DNA from: Malacoraja senta
Taxonomy: Eukaryota
Length of the DNA stretch: 64,000 nt
Assembly: GCA_038087875.1 (NCBI GenBank)
Contig: CM075999.1
Coordinates: 2,916,001 to 2,980,000 of the forward strand
Direction: 5' to 3'
This document shows, one piece after another, positions 48,078 through 61,848 of the stretch. The notes under the pieces were generated by a model. It ran no database searches and had not been told where the DNA came from. It saw only the letters and a program-made list of their open reading frames with translations. Positions within the stretch are counted from its first letter, which is position 1. Every line of letters begins with the position of its first letter. The translations under genes were made by a program, and so were the position numbers.

Positions 48078-51018
48078 TTGGGGGGAGGGACTCAAATAGA
48101 GAAAGCTAGTAGAAAATGTGGGAGGCAGGAGGCAGAGAAGGGAAGCACTCGGACCCAAAATGTAGGGGAGAAAGAAGAAAAAGATAATAAACAGAGAATA
48201 AATGGTGGTGGGTTTCTTAAATGTGTATATTTTAATGCTAGGAGCATTGTAAGAAAGGTGGATGAGCTTAGAGCCTGGATTGACACCTGGAAGTATGATG
48301 TGGCGATCAGTGAAACATGGTTGCAGGAAGGCTGTGATTGGAAACTAAATATTCCAGGATTTCGTTGCTTCAGGGGTGATAGAATTGAAGGGGCAAAAGG
48401 TGGGGGTGTTGCATTGCTTGTCAAGGAAGATATTACAGCAGTGCTTTGGCAGGATAGATTAGAGGGCTCGTCAAGGGAGGCTATTTGGGTGGAACTGAGA
48501 AATGGGAAAGGTGTAGCAACAGTTATAGGGGTGTATTATAGACCGCCAAATGGGGAGCGAGAATTGGAAGAGCAACTATGTAAGGAGATAGCAGATATTA
48601 GTAGTAAGCACAAGGTAGTGATTATGGGAGATTTCAATTTTCCACACATAGACTGGGAAAAACATTCTGTAAAAGGGCTGGATGGTTTGGAGTTTGTAAA
48701 ATGTGTGCAGGATAGTTTTTTGCAGCAATACATAGAGGTACCTACTAGAGAAGGGGCAGTGCTGGACCTCCTGTTAGGAAATGAGACTGGGCAGGTGGCG
48801 GAGGTATGCGTTGGGGAGCACTTTGGGTCCAGTGATCACAATACCATTAGTTTCAATATAATTATGGAGAGGGTCAGAACTGGACCTAGGGTTGAGATTT
48901 TTGATTGGAGAAAGGCTAACTTTGAGGAGATGCGAAAGGATTTAAAAGGAGTGAATTGGGACATGTTGTTTTATGGGAAGGATATAGAAGAGAAATGGAG
49001 GACATTTAAAGGTGAAATTTTAAGAGTACAGAATCTTTATGTCCCTGTTCGGTTGAAAGGAAATAGTAAAAATTGGAAAGATCCATGGTTTTCAAGGGAA
49101 ATTGGACACGGTTCGGAAAAAGAGAGAGATCTACAATAATTATAGGCAGCATGGAGTAAATGAGGTGCTTGAGGAGTATAAAGAATGTAAAAAGAATATT
49201 AAGAAAGAAATTAGAAAAGCTAAAAGAAGATATGAGGTTGCTTTGGCAAGTAAGGTGAAAGTAAATCCAAAGGGTTTCTACAGCTATATTAATAGCAAAA
49301 GGGTAACAAGGAATAAAATTGGTCCATTAGAGAGTCAGAGTGGACAGCTATCTGCAGAGCCAAAAGAGATGGGGGAGATATTGAACAATTTATTTTCTTT
49401 GGTATTCACCAAGGAGAAGGATATTGAATTATGTGAGGTAAGGGAAACAAGCAGAGTAGCAATGGAAACTATGAGATTCAAAGAAGAGGAGGTGCAGACA
49501 CTTTTGAAAAATATGAAAACGGATAAGTCTCCAGGTCCTGACAGGATATTCCCTAGGACATTGAGGGAAGTTAGTGTAGAAATAGCAGGGGCTATGACAG
49601 AAATATTTCAAATGTCATTAGAAACAGGAATAGTGCCGGAGGATTGGCGTACTGCGCATGTTGTTCCGTTGTTTAAAAAGGGTTCTAAGAGTAAACCTAG
49701 CAATTATAGACCTGTTAGTTTGACGTCAATGGTGGGCAAATTAATGGAAACGATACTTAGAGATAATATATATAAGCATCTGGATAAGCAGGGTCTGATT
49801 AGGAACAGTCAACATGGATTTGTGCCTGGAAGGTCATGTTTGACTAATCTTCTTGAATTATTCGAAGAGGTTACTAGGGAAATTGATGAGGGTAAAGCAG
49901 TGGATGTTGTCTATATGGCCTTCAGTAAGGCCTTTGACAAGGTTCCTCATGGAAGGTTGGTTAAGAAGATTCAATTGTTGGGTATTAATGGTGAAGTAGC
50001 AAGATGGATTCAACAGTGGCTGAATGGGAGATGCCAGAGAGTAATGGTGGATGGCTGTTTGTCAGGTTGGAGGCCGGTGACTAGTGGGGTGCCTCAGGGG
50101 TCTGTGTTGGGTCCACTGTTGTTTGTCATGTACATCAATGATCTGGATGATGGTGTGGAAAATTGGATTAGTAAGTATGCAGATGATACTAGGATAGGTG
50201 GTGTTGTGGATAATGAAGTAGATTTTCAAAGTCTACAGAGAGATTTAGGCCATTTGGAAGAGTGGGCTGAAAGATGGCAGATGGAGTTTAATGCTGATAA
50301 ATGTGAGGTGCTACATCTCGGCAGGACAAATCAAAATAGGACGTACATGGTAAATGGTAGCGAATTGAGGAATGCAGTTGAACAGAGAGATCTAGGAATA
50401 ACTGTGCATGGTTCCCTGAAGGTGGAATCTCATGTAGATAGGGTGGTAAAGAAAGCTTTTGGTGTGCTGGCCTTTATAAATCAGAGCATTGAATATAGAA
50501 GTTGGGATGTAATGTTAAAATTGTTCAAGACATTGGTGAGGCCAATTCTGGAGTATGGAGTACAATTTTGGTCGCCTAATTATAGGAAGGATGTCAACAA
50601 AATAGAGAGAGTACAGAGGAGATTTACTAGAATGTTGCCTGGGTTTCAGCAACTAAATTACAGAGAAAGGTTGAACAAGTTAGGTCTTTATTCTTTGGAG
50701 CGCAGAAGGTTAAGAGGGGACTTGATAGAGGTCTTTAAAATGATGAGCGGGTTAGACAGAGTTGACGTGGATATGCTTTTCCCATTGAGAGTAGGGAAGA
50801 TTCAAACAAGGGGACATGACTTGAGAATTGAGGGACAGAAGTTTAGGGGTAACATTAGGGGGAACTTCTTTACTCAGAGAGTGGTAGCTGTGTGGAATGA
50901 GCTTCCAGTGGAAGTGGTGGAGGCAGGTTCGATTTTATCCTTTAAAAATAGATTGGATGGGTATATGGACGGGAAAGGAATGGAGGGTTATGGTCTGAGT
51001 GCAGGTAGATGGGACTAG
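48078..51018 (+). CDS. LINE ORF2 endonuclease/reverse transcriptase, one frameshift at about 49105-49112
   Basis: APE motifs NARS, SETW, GDFNFP and SDH. RT motifs KSPGPD, YRPVSL, GVPQGSVLGP and YADD. Confidence 0.92.
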
Positions 51019-51654
51019 GGGGAAGTAAATAATTTTTTAAAAAATAAATAAAAATAAAAAAAAGTGTTGGGCACGGACTTGAAGGGCCGAGATGGCCTGT
51101 TTCCGTGCTGTAGTGGTTATATGGTTATATCTGCACGTGATCCATATCCTCTCTGTTCCATAGCAAAGTGCCCATCTAAAAGCCTTGAAATGCTGCTATT
51201 GTATCTGCCTCTGCCTCTGCCTCCAGTACCCCGAGCAACACAATCCAGGTACCATCACTCTTTAAAAACTTTAAACTTTGCCTCTCACACCTTGAACCTA
51301 TGCCCTTCATTCTTTGACATTTCCACCCAGGGAATATGCCTGACTCTCTTCCATATTGCCGTTATAATTTTATATACTATCAGATCTCCCCTCTTCTGAT
51401 ACTCCAAAGAAAACGATCCAAGTCTGTCCAACCTCCCCTTGCAGCTAATACCTCTGAGATCTTTGTGCTTATTCTAAATTAGTTCATTATAATTGCTCCG
51501 TCTTTAGTGGTCATGCCTCGGGCTGCTAAAGATCCTAATTGTCTCCATAATTTTCTTCTCGCTAAGTTCAATTTCCCTTTTCTAATGAGGTTTGCTGCCA
51601 TCTCTTGTTTCAGAATAGCCTTATGATGGAACTGCAATGAGCTGTACCAACGAG

Positions 51655-52047
51655 CAAAGATCCTATAGCAAGCAGGATAGATCACTCCTGCTAAATGCAA
51701 TGGCCTGATGTGTAGTACGCAATGGTGCGGAACGTGGACCTTTTTTTCATCCATTTTCGTAACCCGACCCGACCAGCAGTGTAATCAGTGTTGCGAGGGA
51801 ACAGCTTGTGTTAATAAATTATAATTCTGAAAACGAGAAGATTTTTTCCAAATAACTTATTTTTACGAGGATGTTTCCGTAACCGGCTTCCGTCTCCGCA
51901 CTAGTATCTTTGCTCCGCTATGGGATCTTTGGTGCAGAGACGGAAGCCGGTTACGGAAATGGGGCTGAAAATTACCCGTGAATCTGCCCATGACCGTACT
52001 ACGTCTTTTTCGTCGAGTGGACCATCTTGCTCGCTATAGGATCTTTG
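51655..52047. mobile_element. Second copy of the same hAT-type MITE
   Basis: Same TIRs and related interior. Perfect 8-bp TSD CCAACGAG. Confidence 0.88.
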
Positions 52048-53078
52048 CCAACGAGTGTTGTATCCACCAGGTTCCAACCCGTGCAGAGAGGCTGAAGTGA
52101 AGGGTTGGGTTTTTGTGTGGGGGAAATTCCTACCCTGTGCCATCAATAGTGGGCACCTGGGTTTGCTTATGGCTGCTCATTTAAGTAACTCCTTCTTTCA
52201 AAAGTTTACTCAAGTCAAGAGGTTTACGCCAATGATCCTTTTACACCCAGAGAGCTGTGAATCTGTGGAATTCTCTGCCACAGAAGGCAGTGGAGGCCAA
52301 TTCACTGGATGTATTCAAGGGAGTTGGATATAGCTCTTAGGGCTAACAGAATCAAGGGATATGGGAAGAAAGCAGGAATGGGGTACTGAATCTGGATGAT
52401 CAGCCATGATCATATTGAATGGCGGTGCTGGCTCGAAAGGCCTACTCCTGCACCATTTTTCTACGTTTCTTATAAACTTCTACAGCTGCACCATAGAAAG
52501 CATATAAGTCAAGTTGCATCACAGTATGGTTTAGGAACAATTTTCCCCAAGACTGCAAGAAGTTAGAGTTGTAAATGGAGCCCAGTCCCTCACACAGACC
52601 ACACTCCCCACCATTGACTCCATCTACAATTCACACCACCTTAGAAAAGCAGCCTACATAATCAAAGACTTGTCCCCACCCGGTCATTCCTTATCCCCGC
52701 TCCCGTCCGGCAGAAGGTACAGAAGCTTGAAAGCGCGCACGACCAGACTCGGGAACAGCTTTTCCCCCCTCTGTTATCAGGCTTCTGAACGGTCCTTCCA
52801 TAAGCTAGGGTACTGTCCGAGTCACCTCTACCCCATTGTGGACACTGGACTTTGTCTGTGGAACTGGTGAGCCACAATGGTGAGAACTATCATCTGCATT
52901 CTGTATCTTCCCCTTCACTCTACCTATTAAGGTCATAAGAATAGTAGTAGAATTAGACCATTCGGCCCATCAAGGCTGCTCTGCCATTCAATCATGGCTG
53001 ATCTATCTTTCTCCTAAGCCCATTCTCCTGCCTTCTCCCCATAACCCCCGACACCCGTAATCATTAACAATCTATTGA

Positions 53079-53319
53079 CGTTTAAGAAGGAACTGCAGAT
53101 GCTGGAAAATCAAAGGTACACAAAAATGCTGGAGAAACTCAGCGGGTGCAGCAGCATCTATGGAGCAAAGGAAATAGACAAACGTTGCCTATTTCCTTCT
53201 GGGTTTCGGCCTGAAACGTTGCCTATTTCCTTCTGGGTTTCGGCCTGAAACGTTGCCTATTTCCTTCGCTCCATAGATGCTGCTGCACCCGCTGAGTTTC
53301 TCCAGCACTTTTGTCTACC
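53079..53319. mobile_element. Palindromic pLTR-derived insertion with an internal tandem duplication
   Basis: 13-bp TSD AACAATCTATTGA at 53066-53078 and 53320-53332. AAACGTTGCCTATTTCCTTC occurs three times. Confidence 0.8.
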
Positions 53320-56300
53320 AACAATCTATTGATGCCTTGTATTGGAGTTTGATTGTATTTATGTATATTATCTGATCTGATCGGATAGCATGCAGAACAA
53401 AGCTTTTCAGTGTACCCGACAATGACGCCAATAATAAAGCTAAACTCTTTATTTAAATATTGTACTAATCCTATATTTATATGTATCACTCCTGCAAGTA
53501 CAACAGTTTTGTCACTTTTAAATGTGGCATTGAAAGAAGCAATTATGGGAATTCTTTGGTTATGAATAATATGATATATGGAAATCTAGATTTGCACAAA
53601 TTCTCCCAGACAATTTAAATCATTTTTAGACAATTGATCCTATTTCCACATCTGAGCTAAAGGGAGAGGTTGAACAGGTTGGGACTATATTCCTTGGAGC
53701 GCAGGAGGTTGCGGGATGATCTTATAGAAGTGTATAAAATCATGAGAGGAATAGTCTGTGGAATTCTCTGCCTCAGAGGGCAGTGGAGGCAGGTTCTCTG
53801 GATGCTTTCAAGAGAGAGCTAGATAGGGCTCTTAAAAATAGCGGAGTCAGGGGATATGGGGAGAAGGCAGGAACGGGGTACTGATTGGGGATGATCAGCC
53901 ATGATCACATTGAATGTCGGTGCTGGCTCAAAGGGCCGAATGGCCTACTCCTGCACCTATTGTCTAATAGACAGGGTAGACGCACATCTTGCTCAGAGTA
54001 GGTGAATCGAGGACATACGTTTAAGGTGAGGAAGAAAAGGTTTAAAGGAGAAAATCTGAGGGGTAACATTTTCACACAGAGGGTGGTGGGTGTATGGAAC
54101 GAGCTGCCAGAGGAGGTAGTTGAGGCAGGGAGTTTCCCAACATTTAAGAAACAGTTAGACAGGTACATAGATAGGACAGGTTTGTAGGGATATGGGACCA
54201 AACACGGCAGGTGGGACTAGTGTAGGTGGGACATGTTGGCCGGTGTGGGCAAGTTGGGCCTGTTTCCACATTGTATCACTCTGAGTCCAAGACTCTCTAC
54301 ACACTAGAGGCAATTTACAGAGCCAATTAACTTACAACCCACACGTCTTTGGGAAGCGGGAGGAAACCCACGTCATCAGAAGATGAACATGTAAACTCCA
54401 CACAGACAGCACCCGAAGTCAGGATCGAATCTGGGTCTCTGGCGCAGTGAGGCAGCAGCTCTACCCGCTGCGTGACTGTGCCGCATTTACACCCAGTTAA
54501 AACCATAGTAGGATATTGTTAGTGTCCAAAACCATGCCAGCGGAAATATACAACCAAAAGCTGCCATACAGGAAGATAGATACAGAAAGCTGGAGTAACT
54601 CAGGGTCAGGCAGCATCTCTGGAGAAGAGGAATAGGTGACATTTTGGATTGTGACCCTTCAGACCAGAAACATCACCTGTTCCTTTTCTCCAGAGATGCT
54701 GCCTGTCCCACCGAGTTACTCCAGCACTTTGTGTCTATTTGAACCTTCTGAATTTTTTGTAGTCAGCAGGGCAGTACTCTGCTTATCGCCAACTTGGACA
54801 ATTTAACATTTTTATCAAGCCAATTAAACAAGCCAATTAACCTACAAACCTCTACGTCTTTGGGGTGTGGGAGGAAACCGAAGTTCTCGGAGAAAGCCCA
54901 CGGGGAAACGTACAAACTCCATACAGACAGCACCCGTAGTCGGGATCGAACCCGGGGGCTCTGGCGCTGCATTTTGCTGTAAGGCAGCAACTCTACCGCT
55001 GTTGCACCGTGACTGCTACATCTTTGGTGTAAACCAGCATCTGCAGTTCTTTCCTACACAACTTTCCTTAGCAGCTTTGTCTCCAAACACCCATATCTGT
55101 TGCTGCCTTGAAACACAGTATCCTCTTGTATTTCTCCGGATGCTCTGCTTTCCTTCCGCACTCCAAAGACGTACAGGTTTGTAGGTTAATTGACTTGGGT
55201 AAAAGTTATAAATTGCCCCTCATGTATAGGACAGTGTGAGTGTACGGGCTGTTCGGCGTGGAGTCGGTGGGCCGAAGGGCCTGTTTCCATGCTGTATCTC
55301 TAAATTAAATACTTGCAGATAAATGTGTTAAGGTGCGAGTACTCTTTTCTCCAGCAGAGGCAGTGTGACTCCACACAACCAACTATTTGTAATTGTCAAG
55401 ACAATTAATTCTCATGTGTACTGACAACTAGACAGTGAAATTCCTACTAGCAGCTGCTTAAAAGGCCCACAAACACAATGCACACAGAAAATATATTATA
55501 TATATATATTTTTAAACGAACAAATGAATAACTAAAGTAGACAAAAAATGCTGGAGAAACTCAGCGAGTGAGGCAACATCTATGGAGAAAAGGAGTAGAT
55601 GATGTTTTGGGTCGAGACCCTTCTTCAGACTTATGAGTAACTGTGGAGTCTGAAGAAGGGTTTCGGCCCGAAACGTGCCTATTTCCTTCGCTCCATAGAT
55701 GCTGCTGCACCTGCTGAGTTTCTCCAGCATTTTGGTGTACCTTATGAGTAACTAATATTAGTGCAAGAACTGAAACATAGAAAATAGGTGCAGGAGGAGG
55801 CCATTCGGCCCTTCGAGCCAGCACCGCCATTCATTGTGATCATGGCTGATTGTCCCCTATCAATAACCCGTGCCTGCCTTCTCCCCATATCCCTTGATTC
55901 CACTAGCCCCTAGAGCTCTATCTAACTCCCTCTTAAATCCATCCAGTGACTTGGCCTCCACTGCCCTCTGTGGCAGGGAATTCCATAAATTCACAACTCT
56001 CTGGGTGAAAGTTTTTCTCACCTCAGTCTTAAATGACCTCCCCTTTATTCTAAGACTGTGGCCCCTGGTTCTGGACTCGCCCAACATTGGGAACATTTTT
56101 CCTGCATCTAGCTTGTCCAGTCCTTTTAGTCCTTAGTGCAACCTTAGTTCTAAGGTGTCCATAGAAATTCATAGTTGGGATTAGTTTTGTAGTAACGTTC
56201 AAGAACCTGATGGTTATGGAGTAGAAGCTGTTCTTGAACATGGTGGTCATGGTTTTTAGGCATGACCAGGGTGGTGTGGGTCTCTGATGAGGCAACACCT

Positions 56301-59300
56301 CCTACAGATCCCTTTGTTGGTGGGGAGGTCAGTACCTGTGATGGTCTGACCGGGGCAGTGTCCGCCACTCTGTAACCTCTGTCATTTCAATGCTTTATTG
56401 TCTTGTCTGCTCTTCAGTGAAATTATTTTTGCACGAGTCGCCATATTTCAGCACCACTTACACAAAGTCCAAAGTCCACACGCTCGATGAACTGGAGCGG
56501 CTCCTAATCCAGGCGAGCCCCCAGGCTGCTACAGGGCATCCTCCGTCGCCCTCGATCGGCTCGGCCCGTCGACTCACGTCCCTCTCCTCACTTGCACGCT
56601 GTATCCCCAAAGTAAACAAATTGCCTCCCATTCTCTTTCTCCAAGGTGATGCATGCATGATGTTATGTCCCACTTCAGAAGAGAAGTTCAGAAGTGATAA
56701 GAGCAAATTAGGCCATTCGGCCCATCAAGTCTACTCCGCCATTCAATCATGGCTGATCTATCTTTCCCGCTCAACCCCATTCTCCTGCCTTCTCCCCATA
56801 ACCCCCGACACCCGTACTAATCAAGAATCGATCTCTCCCTTAAAAAATCCATTGGCTTGGCCTCCACAGCCGTCTGTGGCAATGAATTCCACAAATTCAC
56901 CACCCTCTGACTAAAGAAATTCCTCCTCATCTCCTTCCTAAAGGAACATCCTTTTATTTTGTGACCCATAACCTCTGGTCCTAGACTCTCCCACTAACGA
57001 AACATTCTGTCCACACCCACTCTATCCAAGCCTTGAAGTATTGACTGCAGTATACAAACTTTATAAACACAAACAGAAATGAAAGTATCACACTCATGCT
57101 TGCACCTACCCATCCTGTTTGGTTAATGGCACATCCAGTAATCAAAAGCACAGCAATTGAACAACTTCAAGAGATTTGTCAGGAGATAATTGCTGGTTAA
57201 TATTTATCGATGTATCCTTCATCCCACTAGTTTAATAAAACTTTTGAGCAACTCTGCAAAAAATGTCTACAAAACATTCTATGCTTTTGTTTTCCCCCCA
57301 AACAGGTGTCTATTTCAAGATTTTTTTAAAAGATTAAATAGTTGATCTTGTTCTCGGTTAGTCTTGCTAAGGTTGTTCACATTTCCAGTAGGTGGAGGTC
57401 AAAAACAGGAAGGCTGTGGTTTGTGTGCAGTTGTTTGTCAGATGCAGGAGAAATATCAAATCAAATATTTCCCACAAAGATCTAAAAAGGTGTAAGTATC
57501 GTAATGAAAAATAGCAGCTCGGCTGATTTGCATAGAAAACAAGTCAGGGTCCAATTTATTAATTTTAGACTTTAGAGAAAATAGAAATGAGTTTAGTCTT
57601 GTTTAGTTTGGAGATACAGCGCGGAAACAGGCCCTTCAGCCCAGTCAGCACCAACCAGTACACTAGAACTATCCGACACACACACTAGGGGCAATTTACA
57701 ATTTTAACCAAAGCCATTTATCCTACAAACCTGTACGTCTTTGGAGTGTGGGAGGAAACCGGAGAAAACCCAAGTAGTCACGGGAAGAACGTACAAACTC
57801 CATACAGACAGGACCGTAATCAGGATCAGACCAGGGTCTCTGGCTCTGTAAGGCAGCAACTCTACCGCTGTGCAGAAGGAAGTTGATATTGAGGAAGCAT
57901 CATCTCCAACAATTCCCCCATCGTTTCTAAATGCAAGAGATGGCAGAGGCTGGAACCTGGAGCAAAAAGACACACAAAGTTCTGGAGGAACTCGGCAGGT
58001 CGGGCAGCATCTGTCAAGGAAGAATCTCTTCCCCCCCCCCCCCCATCAAACCCCCACTGTGCCTGGACTCCTTCACACTTCCCAACTCTTTCCCCATGAC
58101 GGTCCCTGCACATCCTCCTACTAGCTTTCTCCCCTCCAAGTCTGAAGAAAAAATTCTGACCCGAAACGTCACTTATCCACTTTCCCCAGAGACACTGCCT
58201 GCCCTGCTGAGTTACTCCAGCACTTTGTATCCAACTTGTGCCAAACCACCATCTGCAGTTCCTTCCCAAGCATCTTTCCTGTACAAGGTGGCCGAAATTG
58301 AACACAAATAGTCCAAATTTCATTCAAGATTCTTTACCTCGTCTGCCTCCCAGTTAATCGATGGGCCACCCTTCAACAAAAATGGCCAACATTTACAATG
58401 GACTCTAACACCTGGGGATATTGTAAATGACAGTACCTTCGGATAAGGTAGACAAAAATGCTGGATAAAGTCAGCGGGTGAGGCAGCATCTATGGAGCGA
58501 AGGAATAAAAGGACTGGACAAGCTAGATGCAGGAAAGACGTTCCCAATGTTGGGCGAGTCCAGAACCAGGTGCCACAGTCTTAGAATAAAGGGGAGGTCA
58601 TTTAAGACTGAGGTGAGAAAAAACTTTTTCACCCAGAAGAGTTGTGAATTTATGGAATTCCCTGCCACAGAGGGCAGTGGAGGCCAAGTCACTGGATGGA
58701 TTTAAGAGAGAGTTAGATAGAGCTCTAGGGGCTAGTGGAGTCAAGGGATATGGGGAGAAGGCAGGAACGGGTTTATTGATTGGGGACGATCAGTCATGAT
58801 CACAATGAATGGCGGTGCTGGCTCGAAGGACCAAATGGCCTCCTCCTGCACCTATTTTCTATGAACAGGTGACATTTCGTATTCCTTCGCTCCAAAGATG
58901 CTGCCTCACCCACTGAGTTCTCCAGCATTTTTGTCTACCTTCAATTTTTCCAGCATCTGCAGTTCTTTGTTAAACATACCTTTGAATAGTATCAGTCAGG
59001 CACTGATTACGATGGCACAACAGTGCTTCAGAGAGCAACAGAACCAAAGTTTGCATCTAACCACCGAACTAGAAGTTAGTGTGCGCCTGCAATCTTGCAG
59101 CTGTTTTGCACCAGTGATCATAGATATCTGTGAAGGAAGGAACTGCAGATATTGGTTTAAACCGTAGACACAAAAAACTGCAGTAACTCAACAGGACAGG
59201 CAGCATCTACAGGGCTAATCCTTTTCTCCAGAGATGCTGCCCGACCCGCTGAGTTACTCCAGCTTCTTGTGTCTATATTCATAGATACATGATTGCGATC

Positions 59301-61640
59301 AACACCCACATGTTCCAGGTGAGGTACCTGTGTGATTTTGACAATGGGAATAGCCACATTGGTAATGGCACCTTGAGCAGAAAACACAAAGGATAGCAAA
59401 AGTCGAGCAGTTACTTCCATATTTTGAAATACCCACGGGGGCAATAGGTAATTAGTTCAGATCAGAGATACCACATGGAAAGGCCCTTCAGCCCATCAAG
59501 TCCATGCCAACCATTTAACACCCATTCATGTTAGTTCTATGTGTAGAAGGAACTGCAGATGCTGGTTTAAATCGAAGGTAGACACAAAATGCTGGAATAA
59601 CCCAGGACAGGCAGCACTGACACCAAATGCTGCTTGACCCGCTGAGTTACTCCAGCATTTTGTGTCTACCCATGTTTAGTTCTATGTTGCCCTACTCTCT
59701 CATCCACTCTCCTCACACTAGGGGAATTTAAAAGAGGCAATTAACCTACAAACCCGCACATCTTTGGGATGTGAGAGGAAACCGGAGCACGCAGAGAAAA
59801 ACCCATGTGGGGAATGTACAAATTCTCACACAGGCAGCCCGGGTAGTCTGGATCGAAGCCGGGTCGCTGGCACTGTGATTAAAACAAAGTAACAAGATCA
59901 GTCAGCCTCACAACTTTTAATAGGGACTCCAATTGGATTTAAATTTTAATTTGCCGCTTTGTAATCACTGAGATATGAACATAAAAGATCCTTGAGCTCA
60001 GACTGAAAAAAGGAGAAACAAATTTAAAATCACAATTCACATCCCTGAAAATGCAATGTTAAACTCAAAAGTTAAAATGTTTTGTCCCCCACTAGCTATG
60101 AAATTGTTTTAACAAAGCATTATAAAACCTTTGAAAGGCCACAAAATGCTGGAGTAACTCAGCGAGTCAGGCAGCATCTCTGCTGAACATGGATAGGTGA
60201 ATTTTCAGGTTGGGACCCTTCTTTATAAAAATATTCATTGTCCTATCTGGGACATGACAATAAAAATATCATTGTCCTATCTGGGACATATGACAATAAA
60301 ACACTCTTGACATAAGTTTATATCATTGGAACAGAAGGTGGCCTTTTGGCCCATTGAGTCTACTCTGCTCTGCCATTCAATCATGGCTGATCTATCTTTC
60401 CCTCTCAACCCCATTCTCCAGTCATCTCCCCTACACACAAATATATATTTTAAATCACCCGTTATGAAAAGTGTAGAGCTGAAACATTACCCATTTCCCT
60501 CCCCAAAGATACTATTTGACCACCTATCCATGGATGCTGCTTAATCCACTTTGTGTCTTTTCCTTTGTAAACCAGCACCTGCAGTTTTGCTTCTACGACC
60601 CAACCTCCCTCGTATACCAACTGTTTATCTCTGCAGCTTGTTGTACATCGGTTATATTTAACTAAGAAGCATATCACATTTCAGAAAAAGGATTTGTGGG
60701 AAAGATAGCATAGAGATTTAATTTTACTGAAAATACAAAACTATCAAACTTCTTCATTAGAGCACAGGTACTTTGCAGGTAGTTTCAGCTCAACTTTCAG
60801 CTCAACAGTCAGTCAACATTACTCCTGTTCTTATCAGGAAGTTTTACCAAATTGTCGAAATCTTATTGTCCTAGTTAAAACCTGACTGGTTAGCACGCAA
60901 CAAAAGCCTTTCACTCTACCTTGGTACAGTGACAATAAACTAAACTCAACTCAGTGAACCCGATGGGTTATTAGGAGAATCAGACGCCCTGACCTTGAGA
61001 CTATTCAAAGAACGCAATCATTCTTTTTATTCAACTACTTGAATTTGAATTCACAAGTTCATAAGTGATAGGAGCAATATTCGGCCATTCGGCCCATCAA
61101 GTCTACTCCGCCATTTATCGTGGCTTATCTATCTTTCCCTCTCAAACCCCATTCTCCTGCCTTCTCCCCATAACGCCCGACACCTGTACTAATCAAGTTT
61201 CTTATCAATTTACACATTAAAAATATCCAGACGTCTGTTGCAACTATAAACAAGTCCTACAATTTTTTCACATTATTAATAGGAAACTGGTTTCAATGGG
61301 AAGAAAAGTTCAAAATTAGTGAATTCCCACCAAATGATTAAATTAAAAACCATTTCCGAAAATACTTTTAGAAGTATAGATACAAGGATTCTTGTTTGCA
61401 AAATAAAGGATGCAAATTGCTGAGTAACTCAACAGGTCGGGCAGCATCTCTGATTAGGTGATGCATGTTCTCCACAGATGCTGCCCGACCTGCTGAGTTA
61501 CTCCAGCACTTTGTGTCTTTTTTGTTGTTTTTAAACTAAACTTTGAAAATTACTTTAGCTATTAATAAAAAATAGACACAAAATGCTGGAGTAACCTAGT
61601 GGGTCAGGCAGCATCTCTGGAGAACATGGATAGGTGAAGT

Positions 61641-61848
61641 ACTGGAGAAACTCAGCAGGTGAGGCAGCATCTATAGAGCGAAGGAAATAGGCAACGTTTC
61701 GGGTCGAAACCCTTCTTCAGTCTGAAGAAGGGTCTCGACCTGAAATGTTGCCCATTTCCTTCTCTCGATAGATGATGCTGCCTCACCTGCTGAGTTTCTC
61801 CAGCATTTTTGTCACCTTCAATTTTCCAGCATCTGCAGTTCCTTCTTA
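61641..61848. mobile_element. Palindromic pLTR-derived insertion nested in an older related copy
   Basis: 18-bp TSD AACATGGATAGGTGAAGT at 61623-61640 and 61849-61866. Head-to-head cores CTTCTTCAG/CTGAAGAAG meet at 61712-61730. Confidence 0.8.

Larger units (their letters stand above)
46811..51130 (+). mobile_element. Near full-length CR1-clade LINE (HER1-like)
   Basis: Putative 5' region with tandem repeats, then ORF1 and ORF2 (APE+RT). The 3' UTR ends GGCCTGTTTCCGTGCTG...GGTTATATGGTTATAT. Confidence 0.92.
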
